A stretch of DNA of 64,000 nt from Desulfosudaceae bacterium (GTDB taxonomy: Bacteria > Desulfobacterota > Desulfobacteria > Desulfobacterales > Desulfosudaceae), in contig CAXXDV010000001.1 in the NCBI GenBank assembly GCA_963674745.2, forward strand, positions 2,080,001 through 2,144,000. Reading direction: 5' to 3'. Numbering within the stretch: the stretch's first letter is position 1; each line of letters begins with the position of its first letter. Below the pieces are notes generated by a model that ran no database searches, had not been told where the DNA came from, and saw nothing but the letters and a program-made list of their open reading frames with translations. The translations under genes were made by a program, and so were the position numbers. This document shows, piece after piece, positions 37,116 through 45,902 of the stretch.

Positions 37116-38447
37116 ATGGATGAATTCACCAACTATCTGTTATCAAAAGCAATAGTCCCCCAGAAGCAGGTCCGGTATTATGTGAGCTGGTTAAAAACGT
37201 TTTTTCGTTTAATCGGTAAAGACCCGTCCGAGAATGTGTCTTCTGAAGAAATTAATCAGTTCTTAAAAAACCTGGCTAAAAGATCAGAGGGCTGGCAGGT
37301 AAAGCAGGCCGAACAGGCGATTCGAATTTTTCGTTATTACCAGGGCCGGCAGAAGGCGCCGGCTATTCCTGATGGCAGTGCGCATCAGCAGTGGAAAATT
37401 GCGTCACAAGAGATGAGAAATATGATCCGTTTGAAGCAGTTATCCTTGAAAACGGAAAAAACGTATTTCTCCTGGTTGAGACAGTTTTATGGCTATCTGA
37501 AAGGGGCTTCTCCGTATTCCCTTGACGACACCCACATTACAAATTTTCTGACGCATCTGGCAGTTGAAAGGAATATTGCGGCTTCCACTCAGGATCAGGC
37601 ATTTAACGCCCTGTTGTTTTTCTACCGGCATGTACTGGATAAAGAAGTCAGTCATCTGGGTGACGTGGTGCGATCAAAAAAAAGAAAGTGGCTTCCGGTG
37701 GTACTGACAAGGGATGAAGTGTCTCGTTTGTTTGAAAATATGCAGGGTGTAAGCCGGCTGATGGCGAAGGTAATTTATAGCGGCGGATTGCGACTTCAGG
37801 AATGCGTCAGGTTGAGAGTCAAGGATATTGATTTTGAACGCGACACGTTGGTGATCAAATTTGCCAAGGGCAATAAAGACAGAGAAACCTTGCTCGCAGG
37901 ATCCATAAGGGAAGACCTGAAAAACCACCTTGAAAAAGTGAAGGCGCTTTATGACCTGGACAGGGAAAATGACACACCGGGCGTGGAAATGCCCAACGCT
38001 CTGGATCGGAAGTATCCCAATGCCGGAAAAGAATGGCCCTGGCAATGGGTGTTCCCCTCGCAAACCTTGTCCAAAGACCCCCGTTCAAAAATTATCAGGC
38101 GGCATCATGTGCATTCGTCAAATTTGCAGAAACAGATCAAAACCGCCGCATTCAAGGCGGGTATCGCAAAACGGGTAACAACGCATACATTGCGGCACAG
38201 CTTTGCCACCCATTTACTGGAAGACGGTTATGATATCCGAACCATTCAGGAATTGTTAGGCCATGCCAGCCTGAAAACCACCATGATATATACCCATGTG
38301 GCCCAAAAAAACCGGCTGGGTGTGAGAAGCCCGCTGGATTCAATCCGGGAAAGCCCGGGATACAACTGCGCTAAGAGCGCCATGGTTTATATCCATGCAG
38401 ACCGGAAAAACCGGTTGTACGTGAAAAGTCCGCTGGACCGGTTGTAA
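37116..38447 (+). CDS. intI: Integron integrase, long form
   Basis: GLRLQE, KGNKDR, IntI-specific insert [55 protein letters not shown]. Confidence 0.97.
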   Translation: MDEFTNYLLSKAIVPQKQVRYYVSWLKTFFRLIGKDPSENVSSEEINQFLKNLAKRSEGWQVKQAEQAIRIFRYYQGRQKAPAIPDGSAHQQWKIASQEMRNMIRLKQLSLKTEKTYFSWLRQFYGYLKGASPYSLDDTHITNFLTHLAVERNIAASTQDQAFNALLFFYRHVLDKEVSHLGDVVRSKKRKWLPVVLTRDEVSRLFENMQGVSRLMAKVIYSGGLRLQECVRLRVKDIDFERDTLVIKFAKGNKDRETLLAGSIREDLKNHLEKVKALYDLDRENDTPGVEMPNALDRKYPNAGKEWPWQWVFPSQTLSKDPRSKIIRRHHVHSSNLQKQIKTAAFKAGIAKRVTTHTLRHSFATHLLEDGYDIRTIQELLGHASLKTTMIYTHVAQKNRLGVRSPLDSIRESPGYNCAKSAMVYIHADRKNRLYVKSPLDRL

Positions 38448-38556
38448 CGGCTCAGTGTGTTTTCCTGTTGACACCCGCGTAGGTGTTTAATAATTTTGTC
38501 CTTTACCCGTCGGCAGGGAGGCTGACGCGACGGGCCGATAAGAATAACTTTTCAAG

Positions 38557-40764
38557 ATGATCGGTCAGGTTATGGATAACCGGAAAATTGATGTAAACGG
38601 TCGCAGGATGCGGCATGCGCCATGGACGGTGGATTCACAGGGGCTCTACCGGTCCCCATCCCCCAAAGAAATTTCGGAAACCTACGGCATCTCGGGTGTG
38701 GCAATCCGGGAGACGCTGATTTATTTTGAGCAATGCCGGGGCGACACGGCCGTGCTGGTTGATCGTTTGAACGATCATGTGGCCGGAGACCGGCATTATG
38801 TCACCCGCCTTCATCTGCTGGATGAAAGCCGCTGGTATACCAACGAGTATTATTTTTACCTGGTCATGTTCTGCAAGGACCTGATCGGTCGCTTTGACTG
38901 GCATTTCGGGGAGTTCTCAACGGCCCAGTTGCCCGAACATCACAAGATATGGGAAAAAGGGCCGTTGCGGTTCGTGCCCTATGCCGGCCCGGAAAAGGAC
39001 TCCACCTTCAGCATGATCAAGGCCATGCTGGATAATTATACCGCCCGGGGCATCGATTTTACAGATTTGTATGACTGGGCCGACTGTCTTTGCCTGGCAA
39101 AGACCGGCATCGGCTTCAAGGACGAGGTCGTTCATATCAAGAACACCTGGCTTTGTTCCGAGTTCTGGTATTACCTGATCGAGTTCATCAAGATTATAAC
39201 CAACATCAACAGCCCCGGCCGGATTGTGGCCGAAAGTTTCGACTATTATGAGCTGGAGGGGTTTTCTTTCGCGCCCGAAGGTATGCTGCTGCACGTGCTG
39301 ACTTACATGCTCAACAAGTCGACCCGGGCTTACCGGGTGAGTGCCGATTATGACGGCGGCAACAAGGCCGCCTTCCGGCTGACCCGTCGTCCGGAGTGGA
39401 ACGCCGGCAAGTGCGATAAGTATTTCGCGTCCACGACCCAAAACGGCGACGAGGCCATCATCACCGCCTATCAACTGATCATCATGAAGTTTTTCGGTCT
39501 GGACGTGGTGCCGGAGGTGTCGAATGTGTCCGGGGTCGGCTCGGGCACGGTCAGCTTTACCATTTCCTGGCCCCGCCGGGTGTTGCCGATTCCGTTTTTG
39601 CCCATGCTGCTTGGCAGTACCGGGTGGGCCGGGGTTTATTATCTGGCCGGCATCAACCATCCCGCCTGGCTGGCGGCCGGTCTGGCCGGAATCAATATCG
39701 GCATCGGGTTTACCCGGTATGTCAAATACGCACACAACCGGATATCCATTTTGAAAAGACAGCTGGCCCGGACCATTACCGCCAACGAGGCCAAGATCGA
39801 ACAGGCTGAAAAGATCACCCGGGATCTGCTGGAAGAAAAAAAACGGCTGCTCAAGGAGCGCCGGGAGACGATCCGCCGGTTGAAGATCACCCAGGTCTAT
39901 ACCCGCAAATCCCTGGTGGATATTATCACCGCCGGCGAGGACCCGACCTGTTTCCCTTCCACCTACCGCATGGTGTCGGTTCTGTTTGCGGATATTTATG
40001 ATTTTACCCGGTGGTCGGAGGACAGGCCGTCCATGGAAATCGTGAACATGCTCAACGGGTATTTCAATAAGATGAACCGGCATATCATGCGCGAGAATGG
40101 AGAAATCGACAAACTGATCGGTGACGGGCTCATGGCCGTGTTTGCCGACCCCGACCGGTGCCTGCGGGCCGCCATTCGCATGAGCCGCAGCCTGCGGTCA
40201 TTTAAAAACAACGGTGGGAGTGAAGGCGGCCCGGTATTCAACAGCGGTATCGGCATCAATTACGGTCAGGTGGTGGTAGGCAACATCGGTTCGGAAAGCA
40301 AGATGGATTATACCGTTATCGGTGATATCGTCAATGCCGCCAGCCGGCTGGAGGCCCTTACCCGCCATTATCGTACGGATATTATCGTCTCCGAAGCCTT
40401 TTACCGCCAGTTGACCGGTAATTATCAAATTCAGTTCCTGGATGTCGTCCAGGTCAAAGGAAGCCAGAGACCCACCCGGATTTATGAAGTCTACGATCAC
40501 CTGGACGGTAACAGCATCAGCCGCAAACAGAAAATCGGCCCTGATCTAGAAATCGCCTTTGGCTGCTATCAGGAGGGCGATTTCAGACAGGCCCTGATGA
40601 TTTATTCCGCGGTCCAGTCAAAAGCGGCCGCCTGGGGCAAAAACGGCCTGGCCCTGATGTCGACCCTGGCCTTTTACAGCGATCGCTGCCGGCACCTGCT
40701 GCGGCAGCAGCAGGCCGGGCGGTTGAGGGGATGGAAGGGGGTGTATGATTTCACCATCAAATAA
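38557..40764 (+). CDS. Class III adenylate/guanylate cyclase with large N-terminal region and TM segment
   Basis: VLFADI..FT, IDKLIGDGLMAVF, GNIGS..KMDYTVIGDIVNAASRLE. Confidence 0.9.
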   Translation: MIGQVMDNRKIDVNGRRMRHAPWTVDSQGLYRSPSPKEISETYGISGVAIRETLIYFEQCRGDTAVLVDRLNDHVAGDRHYVTRLHLLDESRWYTNEYYFYLVMFCKDLIGRFDWHFGEFSTAQLPEHHKIWEKGPLRFVPYAGPEKDSTFSMIKAMLDNYTARGIDFTDLYDWADCLCLAKTGIGFKDEVVHIKNTWLCSEFWYYLIEFIKIITNINSPGRIVAESFDYYELEGFSFAPEGMLLHVLTYMLNKSTRAYRVSADYDGGNKAAFRLTRRPEWNAGKCDKYFASTTQNGDEAIITAYQLIIMKFFGLDVVPEVSNVSGVGSGTVSFTISWPRRVLPIPFLPMLLGSTGWAGVYYLAGINHPAWLAAGLAGINIGIGFTRYVKYAHNRISILKRQLARTITANEAKIEQAEKITRDLLEEKKRLLKERRETIRRLKITQVYTRKSLVDIITAGEDPTCFPSTYRMVSVLFADIYDFTRWSEDRPSMEIVNMLNGYFNKMNRHIMRENGEIDKLIGDGLMAVFADPDRCLRAAIRMSRSLRSFKNNGGSEGGPVFNSGIGINYGQVVVGNIGSESKMDYTVIGDIVNAASRLEALTRHYRTDIIVSEAFYRQLTGNYQIQFLDVVQVKGSQRPTRIYEVYDHLDGNSISRKQKIGPDLEIAFGCYQEGDFRQALMIYSAVQSKAAAWGKNGLALMSTLAFYSDRCRHLLRQQQAGRLRGWKGVYDFTIK

Positions 40765-40857
40765 TAGCGATCCCGGATCAAAGCTCTCTCTGCGTTGGCT
40801 GTAAATGTTGTGTTGCATGACGTTCGTAAATTCATGCGGGGCATGCACGGTAACCAT

Positions 40858-40964
40858 GTAGGGGCACCCCCCCGTGGTTGACCTTTTGGTGGGCGGCCAC
40901 AGGGGGCCGCCCCTACAATGCGCATGATCGGTACCCATGTAGGGGCAACCCCCCGTGGTTGCCC
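40858..40964. repeat. GTAG-type REP cluster
   Basis: GTAGGGGCA(A/C)CCCCCGTGGTTG(A/C)CC units. Confidence 0.8.
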
Positions 40965-42065
40965 TTAAATCGCGTGAAGTGTAATCCGCAGAATCTCCCC
41001 CGGTTTCCAGAGGCGCATGCGGGGACCCCAGGTGCCGGTGCCGCGGCAGACGATCAGGGTCATGCCGTTGATTTTGTAACGGCCGGACATCATGGGGTAG
41101 CGGAGTCTGACCAGATAGTTGAAAGGCCAGATCTGGCCGCCGTGGGTGTGGCCGCAGAGCATGAGCCCGGCACCGCGCCGGGCGGCTTTTTCATATTCCA
41201 GGGGCGAGTGGGAAAGCAGGATGGCCGCGCCCGGTGGCCGATCAGCCAGTGCCCGGCTAACCAGGTCGGCGGTGTTGCTCTGGCGCTGGTGGTGGCTCAG
41301 GTCATCCACCCCGGCCATGATCAGGCCGGGTTTTATTTCCGTCCATTGGTTGCGCAGGAGGGTGAAACCCGCTTTTTCCATGCGTTTGATACCGCTGCCC
41401 CCAGGGCTGTAAAATTCGTGGTTGCCGGTAACGGCATAAATCCCCAGGGGCGGTTTCAGCTGTTTAAAGGAAGCGGTCAGCCTGTCTTTTTCGGCGCCGT
41501 GTCCTTCAAAGATATCACCCAGCAGGACGATGATGTCCGGATTTAAGGCCCGGATCTGTTTGATGCGTTTTGACAGCCAGCGCTGGCCGATCAGGGAACC
41601 CAGGTGCGTGTCGGATACGGCCACCAGCACGGTGCCGTCCAATTCGGCCGGCAGTCCCGGCAGGCCCACGTCATATTCTGTAATTACCGGTGGACGCAGG
41701 CCCTGGGCCAGGGCGGCCAGGGAAAGAAATGCGGCAAACGCCAGTGCCCATCCCCGCAGGCGGGGGGCAAGCTGTTTCAGGAGCAGGCCGAACAGGGTGA
41801 CCAGGTCAACCGCCAGCAGAAAGGTAAAGGCGAGTAAGACGGCGGCCATCCAGTTCATGCCGCAGAATTCCAGTATAACGGCAACCGGCCCGGTGCCGTG
41901 GTGGCCGTAAACACGGCCGGCAACAAATATGGCCCAGGTGACAACGGCGGTTATCACCAGGGCCCGCCGGGAAACATGGCGTCTGACAAAAGGGACTGTG
42001 GCCGTCCGCCAGAAGACAAAGGCCTGCATCAGGGTGGTGATGGTGATCAGTATGGTTCCAAACAT
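40965..42065 (-). CDS. Membrane-anchored metallophosphoesterase (YkuE/YaeI-like)
   Basis: SDTHLG, LGD, GNHE, LLSH, GHTHGGQ, GTWGP.MR. Confidence 0.88.
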   Translation of the reverse strand: MFGTILITITTLMQAFVFWRTATVPFVRRHVSRRALVITAVVTWAIFVAGRVYGHHGTGPVAVILEFCGMNWMAAVLLAFTFLLAVDLVTLFGLLLKQLAPRLRGWALAFAAFLSLAALAQGLRPPVITEYDVGLPGLPAELDGTVLVAVSDTHLGSLIGQRWLSKRIKQIRALNPDIIVLLGDIFEGHGAEKDRLTASFKQLKPPLGIYAVTGNHEFYSPGGSGIKRMEKAGFTLLRNQWTEIKPGLIMAGVDDLSHHQRQSNTADLVSRALADRPPGAAILLSHSPLEYEKAARRGAGLMLCGHTHGGQIWPFNYLVRLRYPMMSGRYKINGMTLIVCRGTGTWGPRMRLWKPGEILRITLHAI

Positions 42066-42073
42066 GGCAGTCC

Positions 42074-43918
42074 TTAACGCAGCGGTCGCAGAAGGGTGGA
42101 CCCGGATTTTTTGGTCAGGGCCTGGCAGGGGCCGTTTTCCGAATCGCCGATCAAAAAAACACGGCCCATCAGGGCGTAGTATTTTTCTCTGGCCAGGGCG
42201 GTATCGGCCTGTTCCCGGGCTTGATACTCCGATCCGCGGAATACGGCGGTAATGACGATCCGATGCCCCTGACCGGCGGAAGGCGCGTGGCACATGACCA
42301 CATAGTCATCCGCTCTTAAGTCATAGGCCGCCGGCGTGGGCGGCGGTATTTGATTGATGCAGGAAAACCGGGCCCGGTTGATGCCCAGCAACTGGATGGC
42401 CAGCCCGGGATGGCGCTGACCGGCGTTCATCAGCGCCTCCTCGACCGCCGGCATGTTTTCATCGCAGCCAACCACGCACAGGCCGCTGTCCGGATTGTTG
42501 GGGTGGGAAAAATCCTGGATAAAGGCCAGGTACAGCTCTTTCTCCTCCGGGTTAACGGCCCGCAGGTCCTTGAAGCGCGTCTCCAGGGAGGAACCTGGCG
42601 GTGCCTCTTCAATGACAGGCTCAGGGGACTGAAACGGCGCTTCCAGCGGATGCAAGATCTGCTCACTGATTTCCGCTGCCCCCTTTTTCCTTTTTGACGG
42701 GTCAGGTTCAGATGGTTTTTTGGCCGAAGGCTTTTGAACCGATGAAGCGGGTTTTGGTGCTTCGGGCGGCGCCGGCTGCTCCGGTTCTTGAGGTACCGGT
42801 TCGATATCCGCCAGTTTCGATTTCCGTTTACTGCGCCTGGGCGGATCCATCCCCACTTGTTTCCAGGCCTGTTGCCAGGCGCCGTAAATCAGTCCGGGCG
42901 CCAGAACATAAAGGGTGATGCCGGCCAGCCCCAGGACCGTCCAGAGAAGGCCGAAAACAAGGAATATCCCCGCATATCCGGACAGCTTGTCATTATACGC
43001 TTGGGCCGTGGCATATTTGATAATCCCGATGCGTTCCGGCAGGGCATGGCCGACGACCGTTTCAAAATGGGCGTAGCACCGGTTCCGGGCGTCATAATCG
43101 TCGAGGCTCATGGGCTGCAGTACGCCGGTGATGGTCTGCCCGTAGCCGGCTTCCTGGTCGGCCGTGGTCCATAAAAATATGCGGTCACTGCCGTTGACCG
43201 GCACCCAGAAGTGGGTGGAAAAAAAATCCATGGATTCCCCGGTGTAGGGCTCGTCCGGAAAGACCATAAAGGCGTCGGGCCTGGCCGGCAGCATCTGCCG
43301 GGCATATTCATAAAAACCCGAAGGCAGGGTGGCCAGGGCCTGGTCATAGGTGGCCAGCAGGCCGGTCACGGACCGGCTTGTCTGCCAGTCGGAAAGATTT
43401 ATGGACGGGCCTTCGGCAATCGTTGATTTGACCCAGATCCGTTCATCGGTGCCGGAGACGGGCGCGATGGACACGGTCCTGATTTTATCGGCCGTGGCCT
43501 GCGGCGGCCAGCGGATCGTACGGGCCTCGGCGATATCGATCCGGCCATAGAGGTTGACCGCGCATCCCAACAGTCCCCGCAGGTCTTCGGCATCGGCCTG
43601 GTCGGCGCTGATATCCCAGATTTCATCCGGCGGACAGTTTCCCCAGAAAGGCGACCAGGCACCGGTACGGTAAATTTTCCGGGTAAAGTCCGGTTCGGCC
43701 GCCAGATCAATGTAAGACGGGTCGGTTCCTTCCACCCGTTCATGGGCAATGGCAAGATCGACGGTTTCGGGTGTCGGGGGCAGGCGGTGGCGGGTGCCGT
43801 AATAGGCGGCCCCGAACAGGAAGAACAGCCCGCCCACGAAGATAAACAGCACCTGGCCCAGGTTGCGCAGGTTCCAGACATACCAGATGGTGGAAAAAAA
43901 GCGTTTAAATGATGCCAT
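42074..43918 (-). CDS. Hypothetical membrane protein
   Basis: 614-aa ORF; 2 TM helices, Pro-rich linker. Confidence 0.7.
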   Translation of the reverse strand: MASFKRFFSTIWYVWNLRNLGQVLFIFVGGLFFLFGAAYYGTRHRLPPTPETVDLAIAHERVEGTDPSYIDLAAEPDFTRKIYRTGAWSPFWGNCPPDEIWDISADQADAEDLRGLLGCAVNLYGRIDIAEARTIRWPPQATADKIRTVSIAPVSGTDERIWVKSTIAEGPSINLSDWQTSRSVTGLLATYDQALATLPSGFYEYARQMLPARPDAFMVFPDEPYTGESMDFFSTHFWVPVNGSDRIFLWTTADQEAGYGQTITGVLQPMSLDDYDARNRCYAHFETVVGHALPERIGIIKYATAQAYNDKLSGYAGIFLVFGLLWTVLGLAGITLYVLAPGLIYGAWQQAWKQVGMDPPRRSKRKSKLADIEPVPQEPEQPAPPEAPKPASSVQKPSAKKPSEPDPSKRKKGAAEISEQILHPLEAPFQSPEPVIEEAPPGSSLETRFKDLRAVNPEEKELYLAFIQDFSHPNNPDSGLCVVGCDENMPAVEEALMNAGQRHPGLAIQLLGINRARFSCINQIPPPTPAAYDLRADDYVVMCHAPSAGQGHRIVITAVFRGSEYQAREQADTALAREKYYALMGRVFLIGDSENGPCQALTKKSGSTLLRPLR

Positions 43919-44082
43919 TTATACCCCGAAAAGCCGGCTCGCAAAGACCCCGGCATTTTATGATAAATGGTAAATACGGGTAGTTTTTCGCTAATGGATC
44001 AGTATACCGGCTGCGGCACAAAAATTCAATAACCGTCACGACGGACACCGGAGGATGTGCCGTGATCCGTTGGGCGAAAATG

Positions 44083-44296
44083 CGACCCGCCGGGTCGCCC
44101 CTTGCTCGGGCGGTTGTGATGAGTTACTCCTGCCTGATCGCAGGCCATATGGATGTGGCCGTAGGGGCAACCCCCTGTGGTTGCGCTTCCATTGGGCGGC
44201 CGCCTCTCTACAACACCCATGAACGTTTACCCCGGCCCGTAGGGGCAACCCCCTGTGGTTGCCCTTCCCCGGGCAGGCACAGGGGCCTGCCCCTAC
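44083..44296. repeat. GTAG-type REP cluster
   Basis: Shares REP units and spacers with 48600-48849. Confidence 0.8.
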
Positions 44297-44325
44297 AACA
44301 ATTGCGAACGTCCTCAAACCCCGTC

Positions 44326-44412
44326 CACCTAACCACTTAATCACCTAATCACCTAATCACCTAACCACTTAATCACTTAATCACTTAATCACTTAATCAC
44401 CTAATCACCTAA
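44326..44412. repeat. 8-bp tandem repeat CAC(C/T)TAA(T/C), ~11 copies
   Basis: Directly visible; related tract at 48912-48960. Confidence 0.9.
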
Positions 44413-44509
44413 AACTTTAAAACCCTAAAACCTTTACCCCCTTTCGATGGCATGATATATCCGGTAACTGAATGACATCCCGGACAACGCTTACAAAACA
44501 AGAAAAATC

Positions 44510-45229
44510 ATGACACGCGGCCTGACCTTATCAGATCTCCACCTGTTCACCCGGAGATCGGGGATGACGGATTTAATCCACCTGCTCCCCGACGATATGC
44601 ATGAAATCCGCTATCTGGTGTTGAACGGTGATATTGTTGATTTCAAATGGACGGCCCTGCCGGATGTCGAAACAACGATTGAGAAGGCAGTCGACTGCGT
44701 AACGGATGTAATGGCGCGTTACCCGCATCTTGACGTTCATTATATTCTCGGCAATCATGACTGCCATCAAGCGTTTATCGAGAGGCTCCGGGAACTTGAG
44801 GACAACAGGCCGTCTTTTTTTCTGCATCCGTATTTTCTGCGGATGGGCGACCTGTTTTTTCTGCACGGGGACTGTACCAATTATTATACCCGGCATGCGG
44901 ATCTGGTGAAAAAGAGAGCATCATGGCAGAAGGTGTCAAAAAGGCATACACGTCAGGCCATGGTGTACGAAATGGCCGACAAATCAGGCATGGTCCGCCT
45001 GTTTCACCATCTCTATTTTCCGAAAAAAGCGGTGGCCAGAAGGGCGTTATATTATCTCGGGAGTCTGCCCGGGGGAATGCCCGAAGGGGTCAGGGAAATT
45101 TTTATTGGTCATTCCCATATCCCGTTTACCCGGTTTGAATATAAAAATTATTGTTTCCACAACAGTGGTTGTGGGATTAATGGGATGCGTCTGAATCCCG
45201 TTTATTTTGTGACTGAAACGAACCCGTAA
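44510..45229 (+). CDS. Metallophosphoesterase (LpxH-like)
   Basis: SDLH, GDIVD, GNHD, LHGD, GHSH. Confidence 0.8.
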   Translation: MTRGLTLSDLHLFTRRSGMTDLIHLLPDDMHEIRYLVLNGDIVDFKWTALPDVETTIEKAVDCVTDVMARYPHLDVHYILGNHDCHQAFIERLRELEDNRPSFFLHPYFLRMGDLFFLHGDCTNYYTRHADLVKKRASWQKVSKRHTRQAMVYEMADKSGMVRLFHHLYFPKKAVARRALYYLGSLPGGMPEGVREIFIGHSHIPFTRFEYKNYCFHNSGCGINGMRLNPVYFVTETNP

Positions 45230-45244
45230 AAGAGAAAACCGCCA

Positions 45245-45871
45245 ATGAAAGAAGATCATTCTACAGACGAGGCCGGGAAAAAGGTCACCTGCTATTCTGA
45301 AGGTGAACAGAAAATGATGGATGAATCCCAGAAGATCAGGGGTGCGATGTTCGGTCCCTTGCTTCGGTTTCTGGACAGATACGGCGTCAGCCCGAATCAC
45401 CTCACCTTCCTTTCGCTGCTTTCCGGGCTGGTTTTCTGCTTTGTTTTTCAATCCAGCCATGTGATTGCGATGATTTTTCTGCTCCTGCATGTACTGCTGG
45501 ACGGGTTGGATGGTCCATTGGCCCGGTACACCGGCCGGGCTTCCAACCGGGGATCTTTTACCGACACGACTTCGGATCAGATAATCGTTGCCGTATCGAC
45601 GCTGACGCTCATATATTTCGGTTATATCGGCATCATCCCCGGAGGGCTTTATATCTTTTTCTATACCATTGTCGTCATCTTTGCCATGGTCCGGAGCAGC
45701 CTTTCCATTCCCTATTCCTGGGTGGTCAGGCCGCGGTTTTATGTATATGCCTGGATTCCGGTTGAAATTTATTTTCTGCCGGGCACCATGAATTATGTGG
45801 TATGGTTTTTTACCGTTCTGCTGGCGCTGAAGATGCTGACAGGATTTATCCGGATCCGCAAAAAAATATAA
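45245..45871 (+). CDS. CDP-alcohol phosphatidyltransferase family protein
   Basis: SPNHLT, DGLDGPLAR..G.F.D..SD. Confidence 0.85.
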   Translation: MKEDHSTDEAGKKVTCYSEGEQKMMDESQKIRGAMFGPLLRFLDRYGVSPNHLTFLSLLSGLVFCFVFQSSHVIAMIFLLLHVLLDGLDGPLARYTGRASNRGSFTDTTSDQIIVAVSTLTLIYFGYIGIIPGGLYIFFYTIVVIFAMVRSSLSIPYSWVVRPRFYVYAWIPVEIYFLPGTMNYVVWFFTVLLALKMLTGFIRIRKKI

Positions 45872-45902
45872 ATAGTGTCCTGACAACCCGGGAGCCTTTA
45901 TT

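Larger units (their letters stand above)
19273..38447. mobile_element. Complete integron: intI, attI and 27 cassettes on the - strand
   Basis: Integron integrase divergent from the array; 27 AAC..GTT-bounded imperfect palindromes alternate with short AT-rich ORFs; in most cassettes the R' and R'' boxes are complementary. Confidence 0.97.

Noticed and set aside
44326..44412. 8-bp tandem repeat as iterons or a mini-CRISPR
   Set aside because: There are no spacers or rep gene; it is a simple intergenic microsatellite.
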